Part shown: piece after piece, positions 1 to 9,509 of the stretch
Numbering within the stretch: the first letter of the stretch is position 1
How the letters are laid out: each line of letters starts with the position of its first letter
Assembly (NCBI GenBank): GCA_964374065.1
Contig: CAYJWW010000001.1
Coordinates: 1 to 63,835, forward strand
DNA: 63,835 nucleotides
From: an uncultured Candidatus Saccharibacteria bacterium
GTDB lineage: Bacteria > Patescibacteriota > Minisyncoccia > UBA6257 > 2-01-FULL-56-20
Direction of reading: 5' to 3'
Made by a program: the position numbers and the translations under genes
The notes under the pieces: model-generated
The model's input: only the letters and a program-made list of their open reading frames with translations
Databases searched by the model: none
Told to the model about the DNA's origin: nothing

Positions 1-43
1 TAGCGAAATCGGGACGGGCGAGCCAATGACTCCATTTCCCAAT

Positions 44-133
44 TGGCGGAGAGGGAGGGATTCGAACCCTCGATGCCATTTCTGGCATACGGTCTTTCCA
101 GGACCGCCAGTTCAACCGCTCCTGCACCTCTCC
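44..133 (-). tRNA. tRNA-Ser (anticodon GGA), class II with long variable arm, CCA encoded
   Basis: The reverse complement folds as a cloverleaf. Acceptor GGAGAGG/CCTCTCC; anticodon stem CGGTC/GACCG with loop CTGGAAA; variable arm TATGCCAGAAATGGCATC; T-arm GAGGG-TTCGAAT-CCCTC; discriminator G then CCA. Confidence 0.9.
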
Positions 134-211
134 TCGGCACCGCCAATCATAAATGCGTTCGACCCGTTTGTCGACCGGGTCTGTTTCGTGAAGCCCGCGT
201 TTCGAACGCCG

Positions 212-1084
212 TTACCGGGGAGTGCCCGGCAAGGTCGGCAGCTCTGCGGGGATTATCGCAATATTCTTCGGCGACCGGAGATTGATCGAGACAATAACGA
301 TAAGGAGGATTGTCGTAAGATACGGGATGCGCGGGAAGAAGCCGATCATGCTCAAAACCTGCGCGAGAATGCCCGGCGTCGCCGCGTGGATCGCCACTTG
401 ATACGCCTTGCCGTACGTGATCTGCAGTTTCTTAACCTTTGCGATCACGAGCACGAAGAGCGCCGCGACGAGAAAATAGATCAATTTGAGATTAAGGAAG
501 ATGAATACCCCGATGCCGATAAGAAGAAATACGAGCGGCGTGAGCACGCGGAGCCATGGGCGCACGACCCCAACGAACCGCTCGACCCGTGCTTTCGTAA
601 GCTCAAAGTGCGGGACGTTCGCAAGGGGTTGGATGCGGATCTCGCCATCCTTGTCCCGAAGAGCGATGGAGTTCTTTGAAAGAACGGCGACGGTCTTGTA
701 TTCTTCGAACGTTTCGATCGAGAACGGGTTCCGCGTATCGAGCACGATCAGGTTCTTGATGCCTGGCTCCCCGTGAAAGACGCCGCTTTCTCCTTCCGGC
801 AGCGGGATCACATACGGTTCTTCCGCGTTCGTTGACGCCTCCCCGTTTTTGACGGTCACCGTAAGGCCGTCCGGATAGCTCTTCAAAATATCCGCGCTTA
901 GCTCGTTCAAGAACGCATTGAGCTGAGGCGCAACCCTAAACCCGAGGGTAAGCGCAATCACAAAAGCCGCCGAGAGGATCAGCATGTAAAAGTAGCCCAA
1001 GGAGAACGAGAACGGACGAGTAAGGAGCTCGCGATAGAACTCGGGTCCGTAAATGCTCGCGCCTATGCGTTTGAAGAAATTCAT
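212..1084 (-). CDS. polytopic membrane protein, function unknown (tentatively DUF1189-like)
   Basis: 290-aa ORF with several hydrophobic helices and a coherent composition. The N-terminus MNFFKRIGASIYGPEFYREL resembles DUF1189-type proteins, recalled from memory only. Confidence 0.6.
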   Translation of the reverse strand: MNFFKRIGASIYGPEFYRELLTRPFSFSLGYFYMLILSAAFVIALTLGFRVAPQLNAFLNELSADILKSYPDGLTVTVKNGEASTNAEEPYVIPLPEGESGVFHGEPGIKNLIVLDTRNPFSIETFEEYKTVAVLSKNSIALRDKDGEIRIQPLANVPHFELTKARVERFVGVVRPWLRVLTPLVFLLIGIGVFIFLNLKLIYFLVAALFVLVIAKVKKLQITYGKAYQVAIHAATPGILAQVLSMIGFFPRIPYLTTILLIVIVSINLRSPKNIAIIPAELPTLPGTPR

Positions 1085-1148
1085 GGGATGCGGAAATGAT
1101 ACACCAATTTCGCCGCCTCTTACACCGGGGCGTTCTTTGGCGGGATGG

Positions 1149-2063
1149 CTAGATGGACATTCTTCGGAGCGCCGCGAGCCGCTCCTGCACCGGCGGATGC
1201 GTCATGAAAAGCCTGTGGAACCACGGCGTTTTTTTATACCGCGTGCCTTTCGGGTCGTCGAAGGGGTCGTCGAACCACAGGTGCGCGGTGGTGTTCGTTG
1301 CGTAGCGCATCGGCGTCTGATCCTGCGAGATTTTCTCGAGCGCCCGCGCGAGTCCCTCGGGATATCTCGTAAGCAGGGCGCCCGACGCGTCGGCGAGGAA
1401 TTCCCGCTTCCGCGAGACGGCGAGCCGCATGAGCGTGGCGGCGATGGGGGCGAGAATCGCGAGCGCGATGCCCACAAGGAGCAGGATCCCCTGCGCGTTC
1501 CCCCGGTCACGACTCCTGCCGCCGCCCCACCACATGGAGCGCAGGAACATGTCGGAGAGAATGGAAATGAACCCCACGAGGACGACGGCGACAGTCGAGA
1601 CGAGCATGTCCCAGTTGCCGACGTGCGAGAGCTCGTGCGCGAGCACGCCTTCGAGCTCGCTCCGGTCGAGGCGCTCGAGAAGACCCTCGGTTACGGCGAC
1701 GACCGCGTGCTTCGGATTTCTGCCGGTCGCGAAGGCGTTCGGCGCCTTCTCGGGCACGATGTAGACCCTGGGCATCGGCAGGCCCGCGGTGATGGCGAGG
1801 TTCTCGACGATGCGGTAGAGCTCGGGCGCGTTCTCCATTGAGACCGGCTTCGCGTGCGTCATCGCGAGGATTATCTTGTCGGAGTACCAGTAGCTTATGA
1901 CGCTCATGACCGTGCTGAAAGCGACGGCGAAGTAGAGGATGCCGGGACTGCCGTAGGCCTGACTGAACACCCAACCGAGGCCGATAACCATGATCAAAAA
2001 GCCGGTGAACAAGAACCAGGTCTTCCGAATGTTGGAATCCTTGTGTGTGTAGATACTAGCCAC
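1149..2063 (-). CDS. htpX: M48-family zinc metalloprotease HtpX
   Basis: HELSHV (HExxH) motif, N-terminal TM helices and an overall HtpX-like layout. 8-nt overlap with the upstream gene. Confidence 0.9.
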   Translation of the reverse strand: MASIYTHKDSNIRKTWFLFTGFLIMVIGLGWVFSQAYGSPGILYFAVAFSTVMSVISYWYSDKIILAMTHAKPVSMENAPELYRIVENLAITAGLPMPRVYIVPEKAPNAFATGRNPKHAVVAVTEGLLERLDRSELEGVLAHELSHVGNWDMLVSTVAVVLVGFISILSDMFLRSMWWGGGRSRDRGNAQGILLLVGIALAILAPIAATLMRLAVSRKREFLADASGALLTRYPEGLARALEKISQDQTPMRYATNTTAHLWFDDPFDDPKGTRYKKTPWFHRLFMTHPPVQERLAALRRMSI

Positions 2064-3081
2064 GGTCTAATTCTACTGCCTCTTCTTGGGGTGCCCGATG
2101 AAAACGTTTCAAAAGATAGAGCGACGCACGCGCCACTGATTTCGGCCGGAAAAACGGCATGCTATGGTGCCCTATTTTTTCAGGGGCGACCATCTTCACA
2201 TAGGGACTTTTGGGAAAAAGATGCTCTTTGAGGTACTCTTCTCGTTCATCCGGCGGAGCTATCTTTTCCGGGTTCGAGATCGGATCGGATGTCCCGGAGA
2301 TCAATACCACCGGCACTTCTATCTCCGCCATTCTTGGATTCATCTTCGAAAGATTCTTCGCTTCGGCGCTGATCCGACTCATGGTACCGACCCTGGACTC
2401 CTTCCGCCAAATTTGCCAAATATCTTTCGCAATACCGAACGCCACATCCGTGCCGACCGACATACCCTTTTTAATGTGAGATAGTCTTGTTTGCCCTCCT
2501 TTTCGAGGCACGCCTTTTAATATTAAATCGCGTGGGACGTCCACCATCGCATCCTTAAAAAAACCTTTCGTAACCTCATTAGGAGATTGCTCGTAAAGCC
2601 CCGTGGAGTCAAGCAGGACCAGGCCGTCGATCGCGATGCCCGGATCCTTTTGTAGAATAGACACCACATCGATCGCCCTGTCTCCACCCTCGGAATGGCC
2701 CGCTGGCGTGATGTTCGTCTTCCCTTTCTCCCTGATAAATCGGGCGATGGCCACGGCTTGTTCGTAGAACGAATCATTAATTTCCTTCGTAACTTTAGTG
2801 GTCACTACGTACGCCCTCTCGTGCGACGCTTCGGCGAACGCTCCTCCGAGGTCTTCCGCGATCTTCGTGTCCACATCCACGCCCACGCCGGGGAAAAAGA
2901 ACACCTCGCTCCCGCGCTCTCTCTTCTCCTGTCCGTTCTCTTGCGCCGGATCGAACTCCCGGCACGCGAGCTCGATCGGAACACCCTCTTTCGTGTGATA
3001 GATCCTCTTTTCTATGGACGTTTCTTCGCGTCCTTTCTCTCGCTCACTTTCGGGAGTCGAGGGAAGCGGTTCTTTACGCAT
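2056..3081 (-). CDS. alpha/beta-fold hydrolase
   Basis: Nucleophile elbow GHSEGG (GxSxG). C-terminal HH and D positions are typical of the alpha/beta hydrolase fold. Confidence 0.7.
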   Translation of the reverse strand: MRKEPLPSTPESEREKGREETSIEKRIYHTKEGVPIELACREFDPAQENGQEKRERGSEVFFFPGVGVDVDTKIAEDLGGAFAEASHERAYVVTTKVTKEINDSFYEQAVAIARFIREKGKTNITPAGHSEGGDRAIDVVSILQKDPGIAIDGLVLLDSTGLYEQSPNEVTKGFFKDAMVDVPRDLILKGVPRKGGQTRLSHIKKGMSVGTDVAFGIAKDIWQIWRKESRVGTMSRISAEAKNLSKMNPRMAEIEVPVVLISGTSDPISNPEKIAPPDEREEYLKEHLFPKSPYVKMVAPEKIGHHSMPFFRPKSVARASLYLLKRFHRAPQEEAVELDRG

Positions 3082-3095
3082 AACGAACGGGGTGG

Positions 3096-3644
3096 TTAGA
3101 ACTTCACCTTAACGGGCTCCCGTTCCGCGTCGGACTCCGCCTCGAAGAATTTCTCCTCGTGGAAGCCGAAGGCGCCCGCGACGAGATTCGCGGGAAATGA
3201 TTGTACCGCGGTATTCAGGTCGTTCACGGTCGAGTTATAGAACCGCCGCGCGGCCATCATTTTATTCTCGGTGTCCGCAAGTTCGCGCTGGAGATCCAGA
3301 AAGTTCGCGTTCGCTTTGAGGTCGGGGTAGTTTTCGGATACCGCGAAAAGGGTCTTTAGGGTGTTCGACAGCATGTCTTCCGACTTCGCTTTTTCTAACG
3401 GCGTGCCGGAGGCGCCCGCGACCGCGGCGCGCGCCTTCGTGACATTTTCCAAAACCTCCCGCTCGTGAGCCATGTACCCCTTCACGGCCTCCACGAGATT
3501 CGGAATGAGGTCGAACCGCCGCTTTGACTGCACATCAATATCCGAGAGCGCTTCCTTGGCGCGATTCCTCAGCGTCACGAAACGGTTATAAATGAACGCG
3601 AGCCAAAGCGCGGTGACTGCGAGCGCGATCAATATATATATCAT
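3096..3644 (-). CDS. lemA: LemA family membrane protein
   Basis: N-terminal TM helix followed by YNRFVTLRNRAKEALSDIDVQSKRRFDLIPNLVE, a characteristic LemA signature. Confidence 0.9.
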   Translation of the reverse strand: MIYILIALAVTALWLAFIYNRFVTLRNRAKEALSDIDVQSKRRFDLIPNLVEAVKGYMAHEREVLENVTKARAAVAGASGTPLEKAKSEDMLSNTLKTLFAVSENYPDLKANANFLDLQRELADTENKMMAARRFYNSTVNDLNTAVQSFPANLVAGAFGFHEEKFFEAESDAEREPVKVKF

Positions 3645-3712
3645 GGACGTGTATTGTAGCAGAAATGTAACAGGCCCGCAATCCGCTGATTGCGAGCCCG
3701 CCTTGTTTCACT

Positions 3713-5440
3713 TTATGAGCCGGGAGCACCGCTCCCCGCTTTCTCCGTAATGTTCGCGAGGACGCGTTCTTCCCGCGCCTCCATCCGTTCCTCCATCCCG
3801 CGCCGCGCGAGCGGGTAGTCGTTCATATCGACGAACATGTGCTCGCCGAGGAGCGGGTATACCTGCTTCAAGAGCCGGAACTTCTCCTGCTCCACCCATC
3901 GGTAGTCGGGATGCCCCTGCGCCGTCGTGCGGAGCTCCGTCTCCCAGATGAACGCGCGCACGTTCTCGTACTGGTAGAAGCGGACGAACGAGGTCATCGG
4001 AACCGCATACTGTGCGAGGAGAAGATCCTCGTAGGTTCCCGATCTCGCCATCTTCTCGAAGAGGGCCTGCGCGTGGTCCACCGCCGCGCGGTACTCCGCC
4101 TTGAGGCCGGCCTCGACGACCTCCTCGGGAACGAAGTAACCGTGCTCCATCGTGAAGAGCTGGCGCTCCTGGGTGAGCGGCCGGTGGCGCTGGAGGTCGC
4201 GATACGCCCCGATGGGCATGACGATCTCGAAGCGCGCGAACGCGTTCTCGAACGCCCTCCCGACCTTCTGCCAGCGCTCCTTGCGGCCAAAGAGGTACGC
4301 TTCGAGGATATTCCGCTTCTCTTCGGAGTTCAGCTCGCGGGCGAGCTCCATCGCGGAGGTCCACGAGAGATCGAGCGCGGAGAAGAGCGCTCCCGCGATG
4401 ATCTTCGTCTCTCCGTCCTGGTCCCATTCGACGAGCTTCACTTGCGACGCGCCGTAAGTGCCCGGTTTGCCCCTCTTAACGAACCACTTGTGGTTGCCGG
4501 CGAGCACGAGGTCGCGCACGGCGGCGACGCGCTTCGCGAGTTGTTGCTGGTACTCGTGCGCCTTCTCGCCTTCCACGCGCGTGAGGAGCGACGGGATCTC
4601 GGTGTCGAGCTCCGCCTGCATCGCGCGCGCGAGCCATCGCACTTCACCGAGCGCGTGCTGGGCGCAGTGGTTGATGACGTACTCGAGCGCCTGGCCGTTT
4701 CCGCGGATCGCGACCTGGCCGAGTGTTGAGACGGGGAGGAGCCCCCGGAGCGTGTCGAACGCTTTCTTCTCCAAGACCGACGCCTTTTCGTCATACTTGG
4801 TCCTGAGCCACTCGATGAACCGGGGGACGAGCGCCGCGTATGTCCCGAAGAGGACATCCATCGCCGCGCAGTACTCGCCAACAAACCCCATGCGCGCGAG
4901 ATCGGGGTGCGGCACATAGTAGCGGTAGCGGCCGCCCCGCTTCTCCGCCATGTTCACGAAGCGCGTGGACTGCTCGATCGGTTCGATGCCGATCCGCCGA
5001 TCCTCGATCATCTTGATCGCGATCTGCGAGATGCCGTCGAAAACAAGGTGCGTCCCAGTCGTCTGCCCGATCGAGTCGTCGCCGTAGGCGCCGAGCCACT
5101 TTACGAAGAGCCGCTGGGCGCGCTGATTGTTCAGGACTTCTTTGAAGCCGTGCCGCGTGAGGAAGATCACGAGCCGGTTCAGTTCGAGCGCGAGCTCGCG
5201 GTCGTCCCCCTCGAGTATCGGATAGGCATATTCCTCGAGGAACACGCGGAGGAGGGATGCGGAGGCGCGGCTCGCCCTTGAGCAGAGCGCGCCCACGATC
5301 TCCGGCGGGAGGTTGCGGACAAGATGCACCGGTCCGTCGACATTCGTGAAGAACGGCTCGAGGAACCGGCGATCACGATCCGACCACTCGGTCGAGGGGT
5401 AATCCGGCGCGTAGGCCGAAGAGTTGTCTGCCGTCTTCAT
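3713..5440 (-). CDS. thyX: FAD-dependent thymidylate synthase ThyX-like, long (about 575 aa) form
   Basis: RHR-containing ThyX motif (DLQRHRPLTQERQ) in the C-terminal half, and a ThyX-like N-terminal half (ALCSRASRASASLL). Start placed at the ATG at 5440 behind AAGGAG with 8-nt spacing, not the ORF-track start at 5464. Confidence 0.65.
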   Translation of the reverse strand: MKTADNSSAYAPDYPSTEWSDRDRRFLEPFFTNVDGPVHLVRNLPPEIVGALCSRASRASASLLRVFLEEYAYPILEGDDRELALELNRLVIFLTRHGFKEVLNNQRAQRLFVKWLGAYGDDSIGQTTGTHLVFDGISQIAIKMIEDRRIGIEPIEQSTRFVNMAEKRGGRYRYYVPHPDLARMGFVGEYCAAMDVLFGTYAALVPRFIEWLRTKYDEKASVLEKKAFDTLRGLLPVSTLGQVAIRGNGQALEYVINHCAQHALGEVRWLARAMQAELDTEIPSLLTRVEGEKAHEYQQQLAKRVAAVRDLVLAGNHKWFVKRGKPGTYGASQVKLVEWDQDGETKIIAGALFSALDLSWTSAMELARELNSEEKRNILEAYLFGRKERWQKVGRAFENAFARFEIVMPIGAYRDLQRHRPLTQERQLFTMEHGYFVPEEVVEAGLKAEYRAAVDHAQALFEKMARSGTYEDLLLAQYAVPMTSFVRFYQYENVRAFIWETELRTTAQGHPDYRWVEQEKFRLLKQVYPLLGEHMFVDMNDYPLARRGMEERMEAREERVLANITEKAGSGAPGS

Positions 5441-5552
5441 GGTCGTTTCTCCTTGCGTAAACAAAGTCGGATCCGTTATGGATTATTTGGAAGGCCTACG
5501 GGCAAAGTACTCGCCTTACTTAGGTGCGTCAAGCCATTTGGCCTCAGTTCGC

Positions 5553-5590
5553 GCGAAAACAAAAGACCCCCGCCGAGGGGGCCTTCATAA
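5553..5590 (-). terminator. intrinsic terminator downstream of groEL
   Basis: On the minus strand, AAGGCCCCC-TCGGC-GGGGGTCTT is followed by TTGTTTTC. Confidence 0.6.
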
Positions 5591-5600
5591 ACGGGGTGGC

Positions 5601-7232
5601 TTAATAATCCATCCCCCCGCCCATCCCGCCGCCTCCCATCGGCGGCTCTTTCTTTTCAGGAATATCGGTTATCGCGGCGCCTACTGTAAGGTAGTTCGCG
5701 GCTACGGACACCGCGTTCAAGAACGCGGTCTTTGTCACCTTGAGGGGGTCCACGATGCCGGCTGCCTTCAAGTCCTCAATCGCCCGCGTGACGGCATTAA
5801 AGCCGGTCCATGGGTTGCTGTTTTTTGCGCGTTCCTGCTTCAAGAGCTGGGCCACTTCGTCCGGCGACCCGCCGCTGTTTAAGACAATCGCGCGGAACGG
5901 CGACTCCATGGTCTTTTGCAGGATGGTTTTTGTCGCATCAGACATATCCGCCCCCAAAGAGAACGTCGCGTTAAAGAGGGCCATGCCTCCGCCGGGGACT
6001 ATCCCTTCTTCCATCGCGGCCCGCGTAGCGGCAACCGCATCCTCGACGCGCTGCTTCAACTCCTTCTGCGCGGACTCCGTGGGCGCGCCGACTTTGATCA
6101 CCGCCACTCCGCCTGCGAGTTTCCCCAAGCGCTCCTGGAGCTTCTCTTTATCGAACTCGGAATCGGTTTTCTGGATCTGCGCCTTGAGCTGGGCGATGCG
6201 GGTCTCGATGTTCTTCTTGTCCCCTTTGCCGCCAACGATCGTCGCATCATCCTTGGTTGCCACCACCCGATGCGCGTGCCCGAGGTCCTTCAATTCGACG
6301 TTCTCGAGTTTTTTCCCAACCTCATCAGAAATGAATTGTGCGCCGGTCACGACCGCGATGTCTTGAAGCATTTCCTTCCGCCGATCGCCGAAACCCGGCG
6401 CCTTTATCGCGAGCACCGTGAACACCCCTCGGAGCTTGTTCACGACAAGGGTCGCGAGCGCCTCACCCTCCACTTCGTCGGCGATAATGACGAATTCCTT
6501 CCTGCCGCTCTGCACCACCTTTTCGAGGAGCGGCAACAGTTCATTGACCGAACCGACCTTCTTGTCCGTCACAAGAATATGCGGGTCTTCGAGCGCCGCC
6601 TCCATCCGTTCGTGGTTCGTGACCATATAGGGCGACACATAGCCGCGATCGAACTGCATCCCTTCCACGATCTCAAAGGAATTGCCGATAGTGTTCGAAT
6701 CGTCGACCGTGACGACTCCCTCCTTCCCGATCTTTCCCATTACTTCCGCGATCAATCTCCCGATCTCCGCGTCCTTCGCGGAAAGCGTCGCGACCTCCTC
6801 CACTTTCTTATTGTCATTAATGAGCTCCCGCTGCGCTTCGAGCGCCACGACGACGCCGGCCGACGCCCTCTTGAGCTCTTCGGCGAGATTGATGACATTA
6901 AATCCCTTCTCGCGGATGGCCTTCTCGCCTTCCTCGATCATCGCCTGCGCCAACACGACGGAGGTTGTCGTCCCGTCGCCGACGTTATCGTTTGTCTTGT
7001 CCGCGGCCTGCTTGATAAAGTCCGCCCCCAAGTTCTCCCACTTGTCCTGAAGTTCGATCTCCTTCGCGACCGTTACGCCGTCGAAAGTTACCTGCGGCGC
7101 GCCGTACCCCTTCTCTATCACGACCGCGCGGCCGCGAGGCCCCAAGGTCATCCGAACCGCATCGGCGAGTTTCTCGATCCCTTTTCGGATCGCCGTACGG
7201 GCTTCTTCGTTGAATAAGATCTGTTTCGCCAT
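5601..7232 (-). CDS. groL: chaperonin GroEL (60 kDa)
   Basis: MAKQILFNEEAR start, conserved GDGTTT, and a C-terminal GGM-type tail (GGGGMGGGMDY). Start at the internal ATG at 7232, 1 nt after the groES stop. Confidence 0.97.
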   Translation of the reverse strand: MAKQILFNEEARTAIRKGIEKLADAVRMTLGPRGRAVVIEKGYGAPQVTFDGVTVAKEIELQDKWENLGADFIKQAADKTNDNVGDGTTTSVVLAQAMIEEGEKAIREKGFNVINLAEELKRASAGVVVALEAQRELINDNKKVEEVATLSAKDAEIGRLIAEVMGKIGKEGVVTVDDSNTIGNSFEIVEGMQFDRGYVSPYMVTNHERMEAALEDPHILVTDKKVGSVNELLPLLEKVVQSGRKEFVIIADEVEGEALATLVVNKLRGVFTVLAIKAPGFGDRRKEMLQDIAVVTGAQFISDEVGKKLENVELKDLGHAHRVVATKDDATIVGGKGDKKNIETRIAQLKAQIQKTDSEFDKEKLQERLGKLAGGVAVIKVGAPTESAQKELKQRVEDAVAATRAAMEEGIVPGGGMALFNATFSLGADMSDATKTILQKTMESPFRAIVLNSGGSPDEVAQLLKQERAKNSNPWTGFNAVTRAIEDLKAAGIVDPLKVTKTAFLNAVSVAANYLTVGAAITDIPEKKEPPMGGGGMGGGMDY

Positions 7233-7233
7233 G

Positions 7234-7524
7234 TTATTCGATGATTGCCAGTATATCTTCTTCGTCCCCGACCAAATACTTTTTCCCTTCGACCTCGATC
7301 TCATCGGGGCCGTATTTCTTGAAGAGGACCGTGTCTCCGACCTTGACCGACATTGGGATCCGCTCCCCCTTCTCGTTCGTCTTACCCGGCCCCGTAGCGA
7401 ACACCCTGCCGCGGACCGGCCGCTCTTTTTCCGCCGTTTCCGGAAGCACGATGCCTGACTTCGTCGTCTTTTCCTCTTCGAGCGGCTCGAGGAACACGCG
7501 ATTCGACAGTGGCTTGAAATTCAT
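7234..7524 (-). CDS. groS: co-chaperonin GroES
   Basis: MNFKPLSNRVFLEPLEEEKTTKSGIVLPE is a classic GroES sequence, and the gene sits immediately upstream of groEL. Confidence 0.95.
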   Translation of the reverse strand: MNFKPLSNRVFLEPLEEEKTTKSGIVLPETAEKERPVRGRVFATGPGKTNEKGERIPMSVKVGDTVLFKKYGPDEIEVEGKKYLVGDEEDILAIIE

Positions 7525-7555
7525 CACGACTGATTTATATTTTTCGGAGCGCCGA

Positions 7556-7582
7556 CTAGCACTCTCTCTATAACACTGCTAA
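7556..7582 (-). promoter_or_regulatory. CIRCE-like HrcA operator
   Basis: cTAGCACTC-N9-CACTGCTAA against consensus TTAGCACTC-N9-GAGTGCTAA (8/9 and 7/9 matches, exact 9-nt spacer). It lies between the predicted promoter and groES. Confidence 0.6.
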
Positions 7583-7609
7583 TTTAGGCGAAAGAAGAAA
7601 GTATGTCAA
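7581..7609 (-). promoter_or_regulatory. sigma70-type promoter of groES-groEL
   Basis: The minus strand reads TTGACA-17 nt-TAAATT. The -10 abuts the CIRCE element. Confidence 0.55.
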
Positions 7610-7663
7610 GAGACAACCCTGTCTCTCTTTGATCGCCGTACGTGAGGGCTGTCGTACGCTGAA

Positions 7664-8011
7664 TTAGTCCGGAATCCGCGAGATCACCTTTAACTCCACT
7701 TTAGCGCCCATGGGTAATCCGGAGACAAAGACAGTCGTTCGTGCCGGGTATGGTTCCGAAAAAAGCTCCAAGTATGTTTCATTGAATTCTTCATAATCCG
7801 CGGGGTTCGTGAGAAAAGCGGCAACGTCAAAGACGTCGGACAATGACAGTCCTTCCCCGCCGAGTAGTGCGCATATATTTTCCACGGCTTGCTTGACCTG
7901 CCCGCGGAGATCGTCGGAAACAAGCTTTCCGTTTTTAAGTCCTATCTGACCGGAAACAAAAACAATATCCCCGGCGCGCCGAATCGGACTGAATGGAAGG
8001 TTGGCCATCAA
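7664..8011 (-). CDS. ridA: RidA/YjgF/L-PSP family reactive-intermediate deaminase
   Basis: 115 aa. IVFVSGQIG, NICALL and ARTTV...LPMGAKVEL motifs are typical of the YjgF/RidA family. Confidence 0.85.
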   Translation of the reverse strand: MMANLPFSPIRRAGDIVFVSGQIGLKNGKLVSDDLRGQVKQAVENICALLGGEGLSLSDVFDVAAFLTNPADYEEFNETYLELFSEPYPARTTVFVSGLPMGAKVELKVISRIPD

Positions 8012-8928
8012 CTGAACTTACGTATCGCGTCGTAGATGTTCAACACCGCCTTCACGGCATCGCCGGCGGAGATATTGTTCTGCTTATAGAGCACGTCCGA
8101 TACGTCCCCGACGGCCCAGATACCGGCACAGGATGTCGCCTGCGTTTTGTGGTCGACCACAACTTCCCCGAATTCATTGATCTCGACGAGCCCTTTTACG
8201 ATCTCGGAATTCGGAATGATGCCTATCTCCACGAATACGCCCCCGAGCGGCAGTTCTTTTGTTTCTCCGCTTGATATCGCCTTATATTTCAACCCGTTCA
8301 CAAATTGGTCTCCCAAGATTTCCATCGTCTCCGCCCCCAAGATGATATGCACTTTGTCGTTCGCCCGTATCTTCTCCTGCGTCACCGGATCGCCTTTGAG
8401 CGCATCGCTGCGGTTAAGAAGGTATATCTTCTCCGCGTACGGGAAGAGATCGATCACCGCTTCAAGCCCCGCATTCCCGCCCCCCACCACCGCCACGTCC
8501 TTCCCTTTAAAAAGCGGCGCGTCGCAGATGGAGCAATATGCCACGCCTCGGCCCTCGAACTTCTGTTCGCCGGGAACGCCGAGTTTCCGCCTGCGGCTTC
8601 CGGAGGCAAGCAGCACGTACTCCGCCTCGAGAGACTTGCCGCCCTCGGTTTTCATGGAAAATCCCGCCGGAGATCTCTCGATCAGCGCTACCCGATCGCC
8701 GTCCACGATCTCAATATCTTCCTGCGCGCGCAAGTGATCTTCGAGCATCTTCCCGAGATCGAATCCGCTCACGGACTTTGTCCCGATCCAGTTCCGTACA
8801 TCGGCGGAAACCAAAGACTGTCCGCCGAACGAGTCGGTGATGAGAAGCGTTTTCATCTTCTTCCTGGCCGCATATACTCCTGCAGCCACTCCCGCAGGAC
8901 CGCCGCCTATGATGATTAATTGGTACAT
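8008..8928 (-). CDS. trxB: thioredoxin-disulfide reductase
   Basis: GGGPAG FAD-binding motif, redox-active CSICD (CxxC), and a second dinucleotide motif VVGGGNAG. Confidence 0.93.
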   Translation of the reverse strand: MYQLIIIGGGPAGVAAGVYAARKKMKTLLITDSFGGQSLVSADVRNWIGTKSVSGFDLGKMLEDHLRAQEDIEIVDGDRVALIERSPAGFSMKTEGGKSLEAEYVLLASGSRRRKLGVPGEQKFEGRGVAYCSICDAPLFKGKDVAVVGGGNAGLEAVIDLFPYAEKIYLLNRSDALKGDPVTQEKIRANDKVHIILGAETMEILGDQFVNGLKYKAISSGETKELPLGGVFVEIGIIPNSEIVKGLVEINEFGEVVVDHKTQATSCAGIWAVGDVSDVLYKQNNISAGDAVKAVLNIYDAIRKFS

Positions 8929-9003
8929 TGTTGCGATTGGCGGACTTCCCTCATTCCGAGCGGACCGCCCGTTCTGATCTATTGCCGCATCATTCGAACC
9001 GTT

Positions 9004-9183
9004 CTACTTTGCATCGCGCGAGCCGCCCTTCGCGCCAAAAAGACGCCATAGGCTGACGAGCACCAATGCCGTCCCAACAACCGCATTGCTCCATAACATG
9101 AGCGTAATGCTGCTTGCTCCGAGAACCCAAGGAGAAATAAGCACCCACATACCGAGCATTAAAGCGCTCCACCACTCGTTCAT
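9004..9183 (-). CDS. small SPW-repeat-like membrane protein (59 aa; below the ORF-track cutoff)
   Basis: Hand translation gives MNEWWSALMLGMWVLISPWVLGASSITLMLWSNAVVGTALVLVSLWRLFGAKGGSRDAK. It has two TM helices and an SPW motif. ATG at 9183, TAG stop at 9004-9006. Confidence 0.5.
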   Translation of the reverse strand: MNEWWSALMLGMWVLISPWVLGASSITLMLWSNAVVGTALVLVSLWRLFGAKGGSRDAK

Positions 9184-9292
9184 CGTCCTATTTTATCGGG
9201 GCGAACGGAAGAAAGCAAAAAAACGCGGCAGAGGCCAAAGGCCGCTCGATATCGAGCGGCCCAACCGGCACGCCATCTCCTTCTTGTCTTTC

Positions 9293-9466
9293 CTATCTCC
9301 GTGAGGAATTCCTGGATGCCTTAAAGCAGTCCAGGCACTTAAGCGTATTCGCGCGGTCCGGATTCGGCTCAAACGGAAGCCGGTCGATCTTTTTACCGCA
9401 CTGCGAGCACGCCCAATCCCCTTGATACCACTTTCGCTCCTCTCGCGGTGAATCTTGAAATTGCAT
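9293..9466 (-). CDS. small CxxC...CxxC zinc-ribbon protein
   Basis: MQFQDSPREERKWYQGDWACSQCGKKIDRLPFEPNPDRANTLKCLDCF has two CxxC pairs. The internal ATG at 9466 avoids overlap with the upstream dsbA-like gene. Confidence 0.6.
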   Translation of the reverse strand: MQFQDSPREERKWYQGDWACSQCGKKIDRLPFEPNPDRANTLKCLDCFKASRNSSRR

Positions 9467-9509
9467 CGTGATGAATCTATGTCGCCCTTTTGTCGGAATT
9501 ATACCGTTT

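Noticed and set aside
5916-7217. 433-aa plus-strand ORF
   Set aside because: It is antisense to groEL. No motifs, and the composition is typical of antisense ORFs.
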